Origin: a virus | Taxonomy: Duplodnaviria; Caudoviricetes | Strand: one strand, 5' to 3' | Length of the DNA stretch: 64,000 bases | Virus record (IMG/VR): IMGVR_UViG_3300028832_000109 | Coordinates: 32,001 to 96,000 of that record | Part shown: positions 18,738-26,706 of the stretch, in pieces | Position numbering within the stretch: position 1 is the stretch's first letter | Layout: each line of letters starts with the position of its first letter | Notes under the pieces: generated by a model | Databases searched by the model: none | What the model was told of the DNA's origin: nothing | What the model saw: only the letters and a program-made list of their open reading frames with translations | Made by a program: the position numbers and the translations under genes

Positions 18738-18916
18738 GCCAGCTCAGCGGTAAGTTCGGAACCACGGTCCGGGGTATAGTACATCGCGTTGAACCGCATG
18801 TTGGCATAACGGGCAAGTTCGAGGAACTCCGGTATGAACATGTGGTCACAGTCTTCGAATGTGTTGCTAGTCATCTCGGAGATTATGCACTTGTCCTGCA
18901 CAATCTCCTTCTTGCT
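18734..18916 (-). CDS. gp51-like tail/baseplate chaperone segment, possibly expressed by +1 frameshift from gp26-like gene
   Basis: KCIISEMTSNTFEDCDHMFIPEF resembles gp51/'T' chaperone; no well-spaced RBS+start; in +1 frame at CTT-TAG. Confidence 0.55.
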   Translation of the reverse strand, partial: SKKEIVQDKCIISEMTSNTFEDCDHMFIPEFLELARYANMRFNAMYYTPDRGSELTAELA

Positions 18917-20693
18917 AAAGCGAGGCCACAAACTCAAAATATCGAAACGGATACGGCACGGATGCCGCACCTCCGCACCTTGGGCACTTCAACGTAACCA
19001 TGGTCTTCACCGTCATCTGCGCATCGAGAACGGCCTGCATGAAGTCGCGCTTAGCATACAGGGGGTACTTCTCGATGTAGTCAATTTTGTCGCTTATGGT
19101 TTCGCAGTCCTCAATCTCGACGATGACGGCCAGGTTGAGCGCCTTGCGCTTCCATTTCGGGAAAGCCATGCGGTTGGCATTCTCCCATCCATGCACGTAT
19201 TCCTCGCTGATGCGGTCATGCTTCCTGCGGCGGAGGTATATGTTACAGACGCGTCCGTCGCACAGGTCGTACGTCACGCATCCGTTCTGCATGTGCTTGG
19301 CCGCGACTTCCTCGGGGGAGCCGTCCATGATGAAGGACATGTAGCTGAACGACGGCGACTCCACCATAGACAGCGATTCGGCGTCGTGGTACTTGCGATG
19401 GCAATGCGGGCACTCGAACCGCACTCTCGGAAGCCCATAGTTCTGTTCCGGGTATGATGACGCGCGGAGCCAGTACATGAGGAACTCCTCGTCGCAAGTG
19501 AGGATATCTTCCGGGGACACTCCGCGCACCCTGCGCGAAATAACGGTGGAAAGCACGCTAGTTATGTCGTCCTCGTCCACTTCGCTGAGCATGAACGCGT
19601 CGACAGTCTGCAACGCCTGGGCGAACACCTTTCCCGTATAGAACAGGCCGTGAGACGGCCATCCGCTCACCTCGGTGAACACTTCGAAGTTCCGGTCCGG
19701 GCGGCACGGGTCGAATCCCATTACCCGGGGGAGGACTAGTCCTGCCTGCGCCCTGTTCGGCGCGGCCGGTGTCTGTACTGCCTGCGGCTCCTGCGCAGGA
19801 TGGTCCGGTTCGGCCGGGACGGGTTCTGCCGGATACTCCGCACGCATTTCGGCCTCGGGCAATTCCGGGAATTCCCTCGGGGCAGGCATGGCACCCGGCT
19901 CGATTGCCGCTGGACGGTATGCCGGGAATTCCTGCGCCAGATGTGGCGGAAGGGGTCTGGCCGCAATGGGACCCTGCGCCTGGAGCCGAGATTGGTTCAT
20001 CGACTGCTGAATGGGCAAGTTCGATTGCATGGGAGCATTCATAGAGGAAACCGGCTCGCGCTGCCGGAGGGGGGAATTGGCGGCGAAATCGGATGGCCGT
20101 AGTTCCGGCCCCACCATGTATGGTGCGGGTTCCTGTATTGGTTGCGGCATCCTACGCATGTCGACCGCTCCCGGATGTATTGTATCGTGATGCTCAAGGA
20201 AAGTATCCCTGGACCGTTCGCGTGAATTCTTGACCATGTTGATGAGCTCTATGTCGCCCGCCGTCAACGAAAGTGACGAATCCTGCCCCGGGGCCGATGG
20301 CTCCGGCTGTTCGGGCAACGGTATGGCCGGCGCTATCGGGCGAAAGTCGGTATGCGGGGTTTCCGGGAGGTTCACCTGTGCAGGCTCCTGCCGTACCATC
20401 CCGCGCTTCCCGCGTCGTTTCACCGGCTTCTGCTCAACTTCCGAGGGTGGAACCCGAATATCGCCGGTAGGTTCGCCAGCAAGAAGCCGGGCCCGGCGCT
20501 TCTGCACCTCCGCGTTCTTCCGCGTCATGTCGTCCGCAAGCTCTTTCTGCTCCCGGAGCATGGTTTCCCGTAACTGAGGGTCTACCCCGTTGGCCAGCCC
20601 CATCGATGCCTGGGCGGCAGCCGCGCTCATTCCCTGGGCGAGAAGCTGCTTCGTCTTGCTATCGTATTCCTCGAGATTCGTAGAATCACTCAT
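18915..20693 (-). CDS. Baseplate hub assembly chaperone (gp26-like) with long Pro/Gln-rich N-terminal extension
   Basis: WPSHGLFY, ILTCDEEFLMYWLRASSY, FECPHC, LKCPRCG. Confidence 0.75.
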   Translation of the reverse strand: MSDSTNLEEYDSKTKQLLAQGMSAAAAQASMGLANGVDPQLRETMLREQKELADDMTRKNAEVQKRRARLLAGEPTGDIRVPPSEVEQKPVKRRGKRGMVRQEPAQVNLPETPHTDFRPIAPAIPLPEQPEPSAPGQDSSLSLTAGDIELINMVKNSRERSRDTFLEHHDTIHPGAVDMRRMPQPIQEPAPYMVGPELRPSDFAANSPLRQREPVSSMNAPMQSNLPIQQSMNQSRLQAQGPIAARPLPPHLAQEFPAYRPAAIEPGAMPAPREFPELPEAEMRAEYPAEPVPAEPDHPAQEPQAVQTPAAPNRAQAGLVLPRVMGFDPCRPDRNFEVFTEVSGWPSHGLFYTGKVFAQALQTVDAFMLSEVDEDDITSVLSTVISRRVRGVSPEDILTCDEEFLMYWLRASSYPEQNYGLPRVRFECPHCHRKYHDAESLSMVESPSFSYMSFIMDGSPEEVAAKHMQNGCVTYDLCDGRVCNIYLRRRKHDRISEEYVHGWENANRMAFPKWKRKALNLAVIVEIEDCETISDKIDYIEKYPLYAKRDFMQAVLDAQMTVKTMVTLKCPRCGGAASVPYPFRYFEFVASL

Positions 20694-20971
20694 CGTGACA
20701 CCTCCCCTACTACAAATGTGTAACGTGGACCTTTGTATTGCATCCCGTTCGCCAGGGTTATTTCAATGATTTCTCCACCAGAAGTTTTGTTCAACGAGCT
20801 GGCGACGTTCTTGGCGTCTTCCAAGGTCGGGTACTTTGTTTCAAGCGGAAGAGGCGCCGATACTTCGCGGTCTTCATATGAACGGGAACGACCCGGGCGG
20901 TCCGGGTCCGGGTCGGCTTCGAGACTCAAGTTGTCATACTTGACAACGCAGAATCTTCCCTCGTCTTCCAT
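20690..20971 (-). CDS. Hypothetical protein
   Basis: 93-aa ORF coupled to neighbours at both ends. Confidence 0.65.
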   Translation of the reverse strand: MEDEGRFCVVKYDNLSLEADPDPDRPGRSRSYEDREVSAPLPLETKYPTLEDAKNVASSLNKTSGGEIIEITLANGMQYKGPRYTFVVGEVSR

Positions 20972-22512
20972 TACTTCTCCGTGTCACCGGTCGTCGCTGT
21001 ACCGTCGGCCAGTGGGCTAGTTTGTTCCGCTTCTTTCGACTTTTTGAGCTTGGCCATGCCTTCGTCGAACCTTGCCTTGAGAGCGAGGCTCACGCGGCGA
21101 CCGAGCATCGAGTGGAAGTAGCCGGACAGGACGGCCGGGTCGGACACCAGACGGTGTTCCATCAGGGTACGCTGCTTGGTGTAGGCCTCGTCCCAGTTGA
21201 CCGTGATGCGCCACTTCTCGATGATGGCATGAAGCTCGGCGGGCCTGATGTTATTGCCGAACACGAAATTAGGGCCGCACTCGTTGCAGAGATGCACGCC
21301 CTTGTCGAAATGCGCGTCGGCAATCTGGGCGAACACAACCGAGCCGGAAGCTACCGCGAGAAGAGCGTCCGTGTCGGTAATGGTAATGTTGTAGATGTCG
21401 CTCTCCACCGTTTCCGGTTCCGTCAGGATGACAAAGTCGAACCCGGCGTCACGTTCCATGGCCATCGTCTCGGTGATGTTCTTTTCGGTGACGTACGGGT
21501 TGGCCCAGTGCATGACATGGCGGACAATCGGAGGGAGCTTCTTCCCGCCAACCGACATGCGCGGGGCAAGAAGCTTCATGAGGCGCGGGTCGAGGTCACA
21601 GACAGTGGAAAGTGTGAACTCGTACTCGTTGCACGAGTGGATGATGAAGTTCTGGACACCTTGCGGTATGTCGGTACCCTTGACGAGAATCTTCGGCTTG
21701 CTGATGGATGTGTATCCATCGCTTGCCTTGAGGAAGACCTTGTGAGTCGGGTAGAAGAAGCTGGAGACATATGTCGGGATGACCACGATGTCCTTGTCCA
21801 TTGGCGTAAGTTTCAGCTGTTCGAGCGCGATACGGAGCTCGTTATTCGGAACGACAACCGTGTCGGCGTAGCTCAGGCAGTCCGTAACAATCTTGGCCTC
21901 GACTATCGACTTGTTGCGGGCAACCGGGGCATCCCACACGAACTCATCGAGCGTGTATACGACGCGGAGTGTCAAGGAACGGTACTCGTTCGCCTGCGCC
22001 ATGTACTTGTCATAGACGGTACCGGCCTCGCGCAATTCGGTAAGTTTCTTGTCGACGCTAGCGAGGTATTCCTCGATGGCCTTCTCATCGTCCCCAAGTG
22101 CGGCGACCCTGCTGTCCACCGCGTCCTGGAATTCCTCGTACGCCTTCTGGGCGGGCTCGTTTTCCACGCGCACCCGTTCGGCATCTTCCTTCCAACCCGG
22201 CGCCACGCGTTCGAAAGCGTTACGCATGCTTTCGACGATGATGTCGTTGAACTCGCGACTGATGATATTGTCGACCCAGACCACGCTGTACACTGAGAGG
22301 TCGGGCTTTGTCCGGCAGAATGTCTTGCTGTCCATCGTGGTCATCGTGACTTCGGCGATGGTACTGTAGAACTGCTTGAACTGCTGCATCGCGTCGTAAC
22401 CGCGAACGCAGGACAGACGGGATTTCCCGTCGGTGATAAAGAGGACGTTGAACTCGCGCTTCGTTTCCAGAATTTGGTTGAGGCGCTCCTCGATTTTCTT
22501 GGTGTAATCCAT
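20971..22512 (-). CDS. Divergent glycosyltransferase-like (GT-B/GT4-like) protein
   Basis: RVVYTLDEFVW, LSYADTVVVPNNEL, IVVIPTYV, FDFVIL...DIYN...LLAVASG. Confidence 0.55.
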   Translation of the reverse strand: MDYTKKIEERLNQILETKREFNVLFITDGKSRLSCVRGYDAMQQFKQFYSTIAEVTMTTMDSKTFCRTKPDLSVYSVVWVDNIISREFNDIIVESMRNAFERVAPGWKEDAERVRVENEPAQKAYEEFQDAVDSRVAALGDDEKAIEEYLASVDKKLTELREAGTVYDKYMAQANEYRSLTLRVVYTLDEFVWDAPVARNKSIVEAKIVTDCLSYADTVVVPNNELRIALEQLKLTPMDKDIVVIPTYVSSFFYPTHKVFLKASDGYTSISKPKILVKGTDIPQGVQNFIIHSCNEYEFTLSTVCDLDPRLMKLLAPRMSVGGKKLPPIVRHVMHWANPYVTEKNITETMAMERDAGFDFVILTEPETVESDIYNITITDTDALLAVASGSVVFAQIADAHFDKGVHLCNECGPNFVFGNNIRPAELHAIIEKWRITVNWDEAYTKQRTLMEHRLVSDPAVLSGYFHSMLGRRVSLALKARFDEGMAKLKKSKEAEQTSPLADGTATTGDTEK

Positions 22513-22602
22513 CTCGCTAGTTTCCTTGGTAAGAGTGTCCCGGGCAGGATTATCCCGGGTCGGAAGTTCCTTTGCAAGGAAAACTAGTGCATTTCGGTCT
22601 TA

Positions 22603-23712
22603 CTATGTCGGATAAGTGGCCAAAATTCCGAGAATCTTCTCTTTTGGGTCCTCCCCGGACCAGAAAGTGGGCAGGGACTCCGGGTAACGGTCCATGTACA
22701 TGGCGGCCATGGATATGCTGTCCGACCCGAGTATCCGGCGGGTCTCCTCGTCGTCGAGCCGGCGGGCCTCATCCACGGTGGACACCTCGCCACCATACGG
22801 GACCGGCTTTACGTACAGCGGGTTGGCCGCGTTCAGCTTCTTCTTGCGCTCGCACGAATCGTCGAACGCCCGGCTGTTGAGGAAGCAGTAGCGAACAAAA
22901 CAGTTCGACAGGTCACCCAGGCCGTCAAGGTGTTCGTCATCCACATCCACGAAACGCGGGGACATGGTGTTCTCGACGAACTCCACCTGGCCGTCATCGT
23001 CCATCACATAGTACCCGCACTTGGTTCCAACGTGCGCGAACGAAAGCTGGTACGGGGTCCCGAGATACATGATGTATGAATTCGGGTCCTTCCCCTTGTT
23101 CAGGGACTTGCAATGGTAGTGCCCGCTTATCACGCGGGTAGCCGCCTTGTAGAACTTTTCCGGGGGGAGGCCGACGTCGGATATCCTCCCGCCCTCCATC
23201 AGGCAGTCCATGATGTCGAAATGCCCGAACAGGACGGTCTTCTCCCGGACAGCCTTGGGTTTCTTGGCCAGCGCGGATAGCCAGTCGCTGAACGCGGGGA
23301 GCTTGTCCGGGAATATCCACGGTACCATGTACCAGGTCAGCCCGTTGAGCTCGAGCTTCTCTATCCCGGAACGGTACACATGAACGTTCGGCAGGAGTTC
23401 GAGCAGCGCGAGGGAGCTCAGCGATTCCTTGTTCTCGTAGAGATAGTCGTGGTTGCCGGCTATGACGTGCACGTCGAAGTCGCGCATCATGTCCCGGAAG
23501 AGGTGTATGGCGTATGTCATCACCTCGATTGTCATGAACGGGCGGATTGTGAACACGTCGCCGCTCAGCAGGATGGTCTTAATGCCCCTCGCGCGGAACT
23601 CGTCGAGCATCGCCTGGTGCAGCTTCGGGTACCAGGAAACAACATGCTCCTTGATGGTGTTCTGTTCGCATTTGGGGCCAAGATGTAGGTCTCCGACGAT
23701 TCCTATCGGCAT
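22603..23712 (-). CDS. Recombination nuclease, Mre11/SbcD family (T4 gp47-like)
   Basis: GDLHLG, GDVF, GNHD, GHFD, SGHYH, YLGTPYQ. Confidence 0.92.
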   Translation of the reverse strand: MPIGIVGDLHLGPKCEQNTIKEHVVSWYPKLHQAMLDEFRARGIKTILLSGDVFTIRPFMTIEVMTYAIHLFRDMMRDFDVHVIAGNHDYLYENKESLSSLALLELLPNVHVYRSGIEKLELNGLTWYMVPWIFPDKLPAFSDWLSALAKKPKAVREKTVLFGHFDIMDCLMEGGRISDVGLPPEKFYKAATRVISGHYHCKSLNKGKDPNSYIMYLGTPYQLSFAHVGTKCGYYVMDDDGQVEFVENTMSPRFVDVDDEHLDGLGDLSNCFVRYCFLNSRAFDDSCERKKKLNAANPLYVKPVPYGGEVSTVDEARRLDDEETRRILGSDSISMAAMYMDRYPESLPTFWSGEDPKEKILGILATYPT

Positions 23713-24269
23713 CTGTCATTCTCCGTGGTTTTATCGCGACCGCTAACGATACGGTCGAAAAGTTCCTTGATTGGAAGACGGGTTTCCTCGGTCCTCCCGT
23801 CCGCGGTGTGCACAGTGGTGCGGATGTCGGGAAATTCCGGCGTAAAGGAACGCTCATCCGGGTCCATCGCCTTTTTCTTCCACTCCGTCCAGCATTCCTT
23901 GCACAGGGGAAGTATGTACCCGCGGGTCATCATTACAGGATAAGCGCCGCACTTGGCACAGAACGCCTGCGACACACCCTCGTAGAGCCGGGTGACCTCG
24001 GCCAGTCGTCTGGAATTCCCCGTACGCCCCCAGTACCACCTTAGGCCACCGAACTTTTCCTTGACGTCGATTACGCGCAAGTCGTCGAGCTTTTGCCCGT
24101 CCTCCTTGGCGGCATTGGCGAAGTCATTCAGCATCTGGCTCCCGAAAGCGGCCATCCATCCCTTTGGGATGCCGGACAGGTAGGTCTGCCCCGGTATGAC
24201 GGTATCGTCGACCCGGCGGACCTGGATAAAGGGATAACGTTCGAGAAGTTCTGATTCCTGGTTAGTCAT
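23703..24269 (-). CDS. Conserved phage hypothetical protein
   Basis: PKGW...VKEKFGGLRWY...CAKCG...LCKEC pattern. Confidence 0.75.
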   Translation of the reverse strand: MTNQESELLERYPFIQVRRVDDTVIPGQTYLSGIPKGWMAAFGSQMLNDFANAAKEDGQKLDDLRVIDVKEKFGGLRWYWGRTGNSRRLAEVTRLYEGVSQAFCAKCGAYPVMMTRGYILPLCKECWTEWKKKAMDPDERSFTPEFPDIRTTVHTADGRTEETRLPIKELFDRIVSGRDKTTENDRCR

Positions 24270-24293
24270 TGGAGTTCCTCGTTGCTATCCGGC

Positions 24294-24304
24294 AAATATA
24301 GCAA
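24294..24304 (-). promoter_or_regulatory. TTGCTATATTT promoter motif
   Basis: Upstream of 24269-gp47 operon. Confidence 0.65.
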
Positions 24305-24306
24305 AA

Positions 24307-25083
24307 CTACTGCGCGGCATCCCCGTCCTGGTCCCGTGGACCGTCCAGCAGACGCTCGTTGTACTTAGTATGCAAGTCGGCCATGACATCGGCCTCGCCC
24401 TCTTCCGCCCATTTTGCAAGCCAACTGTTCGTGTCCTGCGGAGTGACGACGATGGCGTCCTCGGCGACGACTTCCCCTCCGGGAACGAGCGTGGTTCCGC
24501 CCGGGCCCTTGCCGGGTGCCGCCCCAGTCTGCTGCCTGTGGGCTTCCTCCTCCTTACGAAGCATGACCAGCGCCTCCCGGATGCTGTCGAGCATCTTCAG
24601 CATAAGGGCCATCTGGTGCTGGTAGCTCGCCCAGTCTGCCGGTTCTGGGTTCACCAGGTCGTTGATGTCGTTCTCTATCCTAGTGAGCATGACCTTTCCG
24701 CGGCGGAACAGCTCCATGTACTGGTCCCTGAGCGCGTGGCGGTCCTCCGCGAGGGTTTCTATGCTGAACCCGGCGGACAGCTCCTCCTCCCCGGAAAGCG
24801 CGAGCTTCTCCTTTGAGTCGATAATGTCCTTTTTCGACTTCAGCGCCTTGGCCTCGTTAGAAATCTCCTTGACTTCCTTCTTGGTCGCGGCGAGCCCCTG
24901 CTTGGTCGAGCCTCGGGGAAGCCCAAGAGCATCCTCGACCCCCTCGAACGGGTTGGCCTTGTTTTTCGCGGGCGGTTCCGGAGCGGCAGTGTCCGGCTTT
25001 TCTACCGACATGGGATTGGAGGTAAAGTCCACGTCAAAAACGGATTCCGCGTCCACGGTGTCGTTTCCATGGTACTCGCTCAT
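24307..25083 (-). CDS. Hypothetical protein, possibly small terminase (gp16-like)
   Basis: D...LR....L...GK..L...P...Y..M..ML helical pattern and AIVVTPQD tail loosely recall gp16. Confidence 0.4.
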   Translation of the reverse strand: MSEYHGNDTVDAESVFDVDFTSNPMSVEKPDTAAPEPPAKNKANPFEGVEDALGLPRGSTKQGLAATKKEVKEISNEAKALKSKKDIIDSKEKLALSGEEELSAGFSIETLAEDRHALRDQYMELFRRGKVMLTRIENDINDLVNPEPADWASYQHQMALMLKMLDSIREALVMLRKEEEAHRQQTGAAPGKGPGGTTLVPGGEVVAEDAIVVTPQDTNSWLAKWAEEGEADVMADLHTKYNERLLDGPRDQDGDAAQ

Positions 25084-25328
25084 CCAAGGACCGCCTTTTT
25101 CTTTTCAAGTGGTATCCCGTCCACAATCGGGGGCTTACCCTCAGCCAACTGGCGCGTGGTTTGCTCCGGGATGTCGCCATCGTGCTGGTACAGCTTTTTC
25201 ACCGCATCAGCCAGGCTCAACTGCTCGCCAGTATCCTCGTCGACAGCCGGCGCGTCCATTGGTGGATACACGTGGCCGGAATCCGGAGATGGTTTCTCTT
25301 CGGTTAAAGCGTTATTCTCTTCACTCAT
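25080..25328 (-). CDS. Hypothetical protein
   Basis: MSEENN start overlapping UvsY stop (ATGA). Confidence 0.6.
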   Translation of the reverse strand: MSEENNALTEEKPSPDSGHVYPPMDAPAVDEDTGEQLSLADAVKKLYQHDGDIPEQTTRQLAEGKPPIVDGIPLEKKKAVLG

Positions 25329-25852
25329 CTTGGCATCCTCGGGTTGCGAACCACTATAATTTTTCCGATTTCGGTACCGAAATTGTGCACTCGCACCATA
25401 GCGTCGGCATTCCTGGCATAATAGCGTATGTTGTCCTGCATATTTTCGAGAAACTTGACGAAATCCTCCTGGCATTCGAGACGCTCCTTGATGTCAACCA
25501 GGTCAGGGTCACCTTCCAGCATTATGGTTTCGCCTTCCTTGGACGGAATCCACTTGTGCTTTGTCGTAGCTATCCGCACGTATACGTCGCGTTTCGCCTT
25601 GTTGTACTGCTTGCGAAGGGCGTTGAGTTTCAGCTTGTTTTTGAATGCCAGCATGGCTATATGTATAGCGTTCTCGCCCATGTTGTAGTTGCCCTGACGG
25701 TAGACTACATTCGGGTCGGGTTCACCGTTATCGTCGGTTGTCCGGAGCGCCTCGGCACACCATTGCCTCAGACGCGCTATCTGCACATTCACCGGGTCAT
25801 TCTGGTTTCCCACCATCTCGTTGATGGCGTCTTCATCTATAGAAAAGGGCAT
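25325..25852 (-). CDS. uvsY: Recombination mediator UvsY-like
   Basis: SKE...MLEGDPDLVDIKERLE.QE..VKFLE..DNIR helical UvsY pattern. Confidence 0.6.
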   Translation of the reverse strand: MPFSIDEDAINEMVGNQNDPVNVQIARLRQWCAEALRTTDDNGEPDPNVVYRQGNYNMGENAIHIAMLAFKNKLKLNALRKQYNKAKRDVYVRIATTKHKWIPSKEGETIMLEGDPDLVDIKERLECQEDFVKFLENMQDNIRYYARNADAMVRVHNFGTEIGKIIVVRNPRMPR

Positions 25853-25901
25853 ATTCGTTCCTCTCCAATGAAAACTAACAATTTTTTATCGGAAATGCAA
25901 C

Positions 25902-25925
25902 AAGAAAGGGGGCCGAAGCCCCCTT
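25902..25925 (-). terminator. Intrinsic terminator of sheath-tube operon
   Basis: Minus strand AAGGGGGC-TTCG-GCCCCCTT-TCTT. Confidence 0.8.
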
Positions 25926-25950
25926 GCCTGCAAGTTTTTCACGGTTAACG

Positions 25951-26691
25951 TTACTGGCCGACCTTGATAACCTTGTAGTCCGGGTTGAACCAGATGTTCC
26001 ACCTGTCATAGGTAATATCAAAGTTGAACTTCATGAGCGTCGCGTTGTTGTAGTTCAGGGTCTGACCCACACCAACCTTAGACGGCCATGCGTTGATGTA
26101 ACGAATGCCCATGATGACGTTCCCGTACTGCCAGTCGTACAGTTCGAGAGTGACATGGGAGTTACGCAGGAGCACCGCCGTCGGGTTGAGGTAGTTCTCC
26201 TGCTGGCCGGTACCGAGGTATAGCTTGTTGGCGCCTTCCTCGATTCGGTTGGTCTCGCTGTTCGTGTCACCCGTACCCTCCTTGTTGAGGATACCGCTGT
26301 TGAGGCAGCTCTGGTTCCAGATGAGCATGGACTCGTAGCAGCGCCCGTCTTCCAGCAGCAACGCGTTGAGCGTCGTCGTGCCGGCGAGGTTCATCTGCTG
26401 GACAGGGTACTTCTTCTCGTAACCCATGTACCAAATGGAGTCAGACTTGATTGCCGCATCAGGAATCTTCGCGCCATCAGAAATGTGGATGCTGAACTCC
26501 TTGGCCGTCTCGTTGTTGGTCCCGAAGCTCTCGCCGTTGGTAGGCGCGAGCCCGCAGGCCTTGAAGATGGCTGAACTGCAGCAGAAACGCCAACGGGTGC
26601 TTCGCACCGGGTCTGACAAGTGGTCAACGTTCGAGCCGAAGAATATCTTCTTCTTGTCGGTAACTTGTACTCCAAACGGATTGCTAGCCAT
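25951..26691 (-). CDS. Tail tube protein (gp19-like)
   Basis: DPVRSTRWR, YINAWPSKVG...LNY...FNFDITYDRW; directly after sheath. Confidence 0.85.
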   Translation of the reverse strand: MASNPFGVQVTDKKKIFFGSNVDHLSDPVRSTRWRFCCSSAIFKACGLAPTNGESFGTNNETAKEFSIHISDGAKIPDAAIKSDSIWYMGYEKKYPVQQMNLAGTTTLNALLLEDGRCYESMLIWNQSCLNSGILNKEGTGDTNSETNRIEEGANKLYLGTGQQENYLNPTAVLLRNSHVTLELYDWQYGNVIMGIRYINAWPSKVGVGQTLNYNNATLMKFNFDITYDRWNIWFNPDYKVIKVGQ

Positions 26692-26706
26692 GTTTTCCTC
26701 CTTTTA

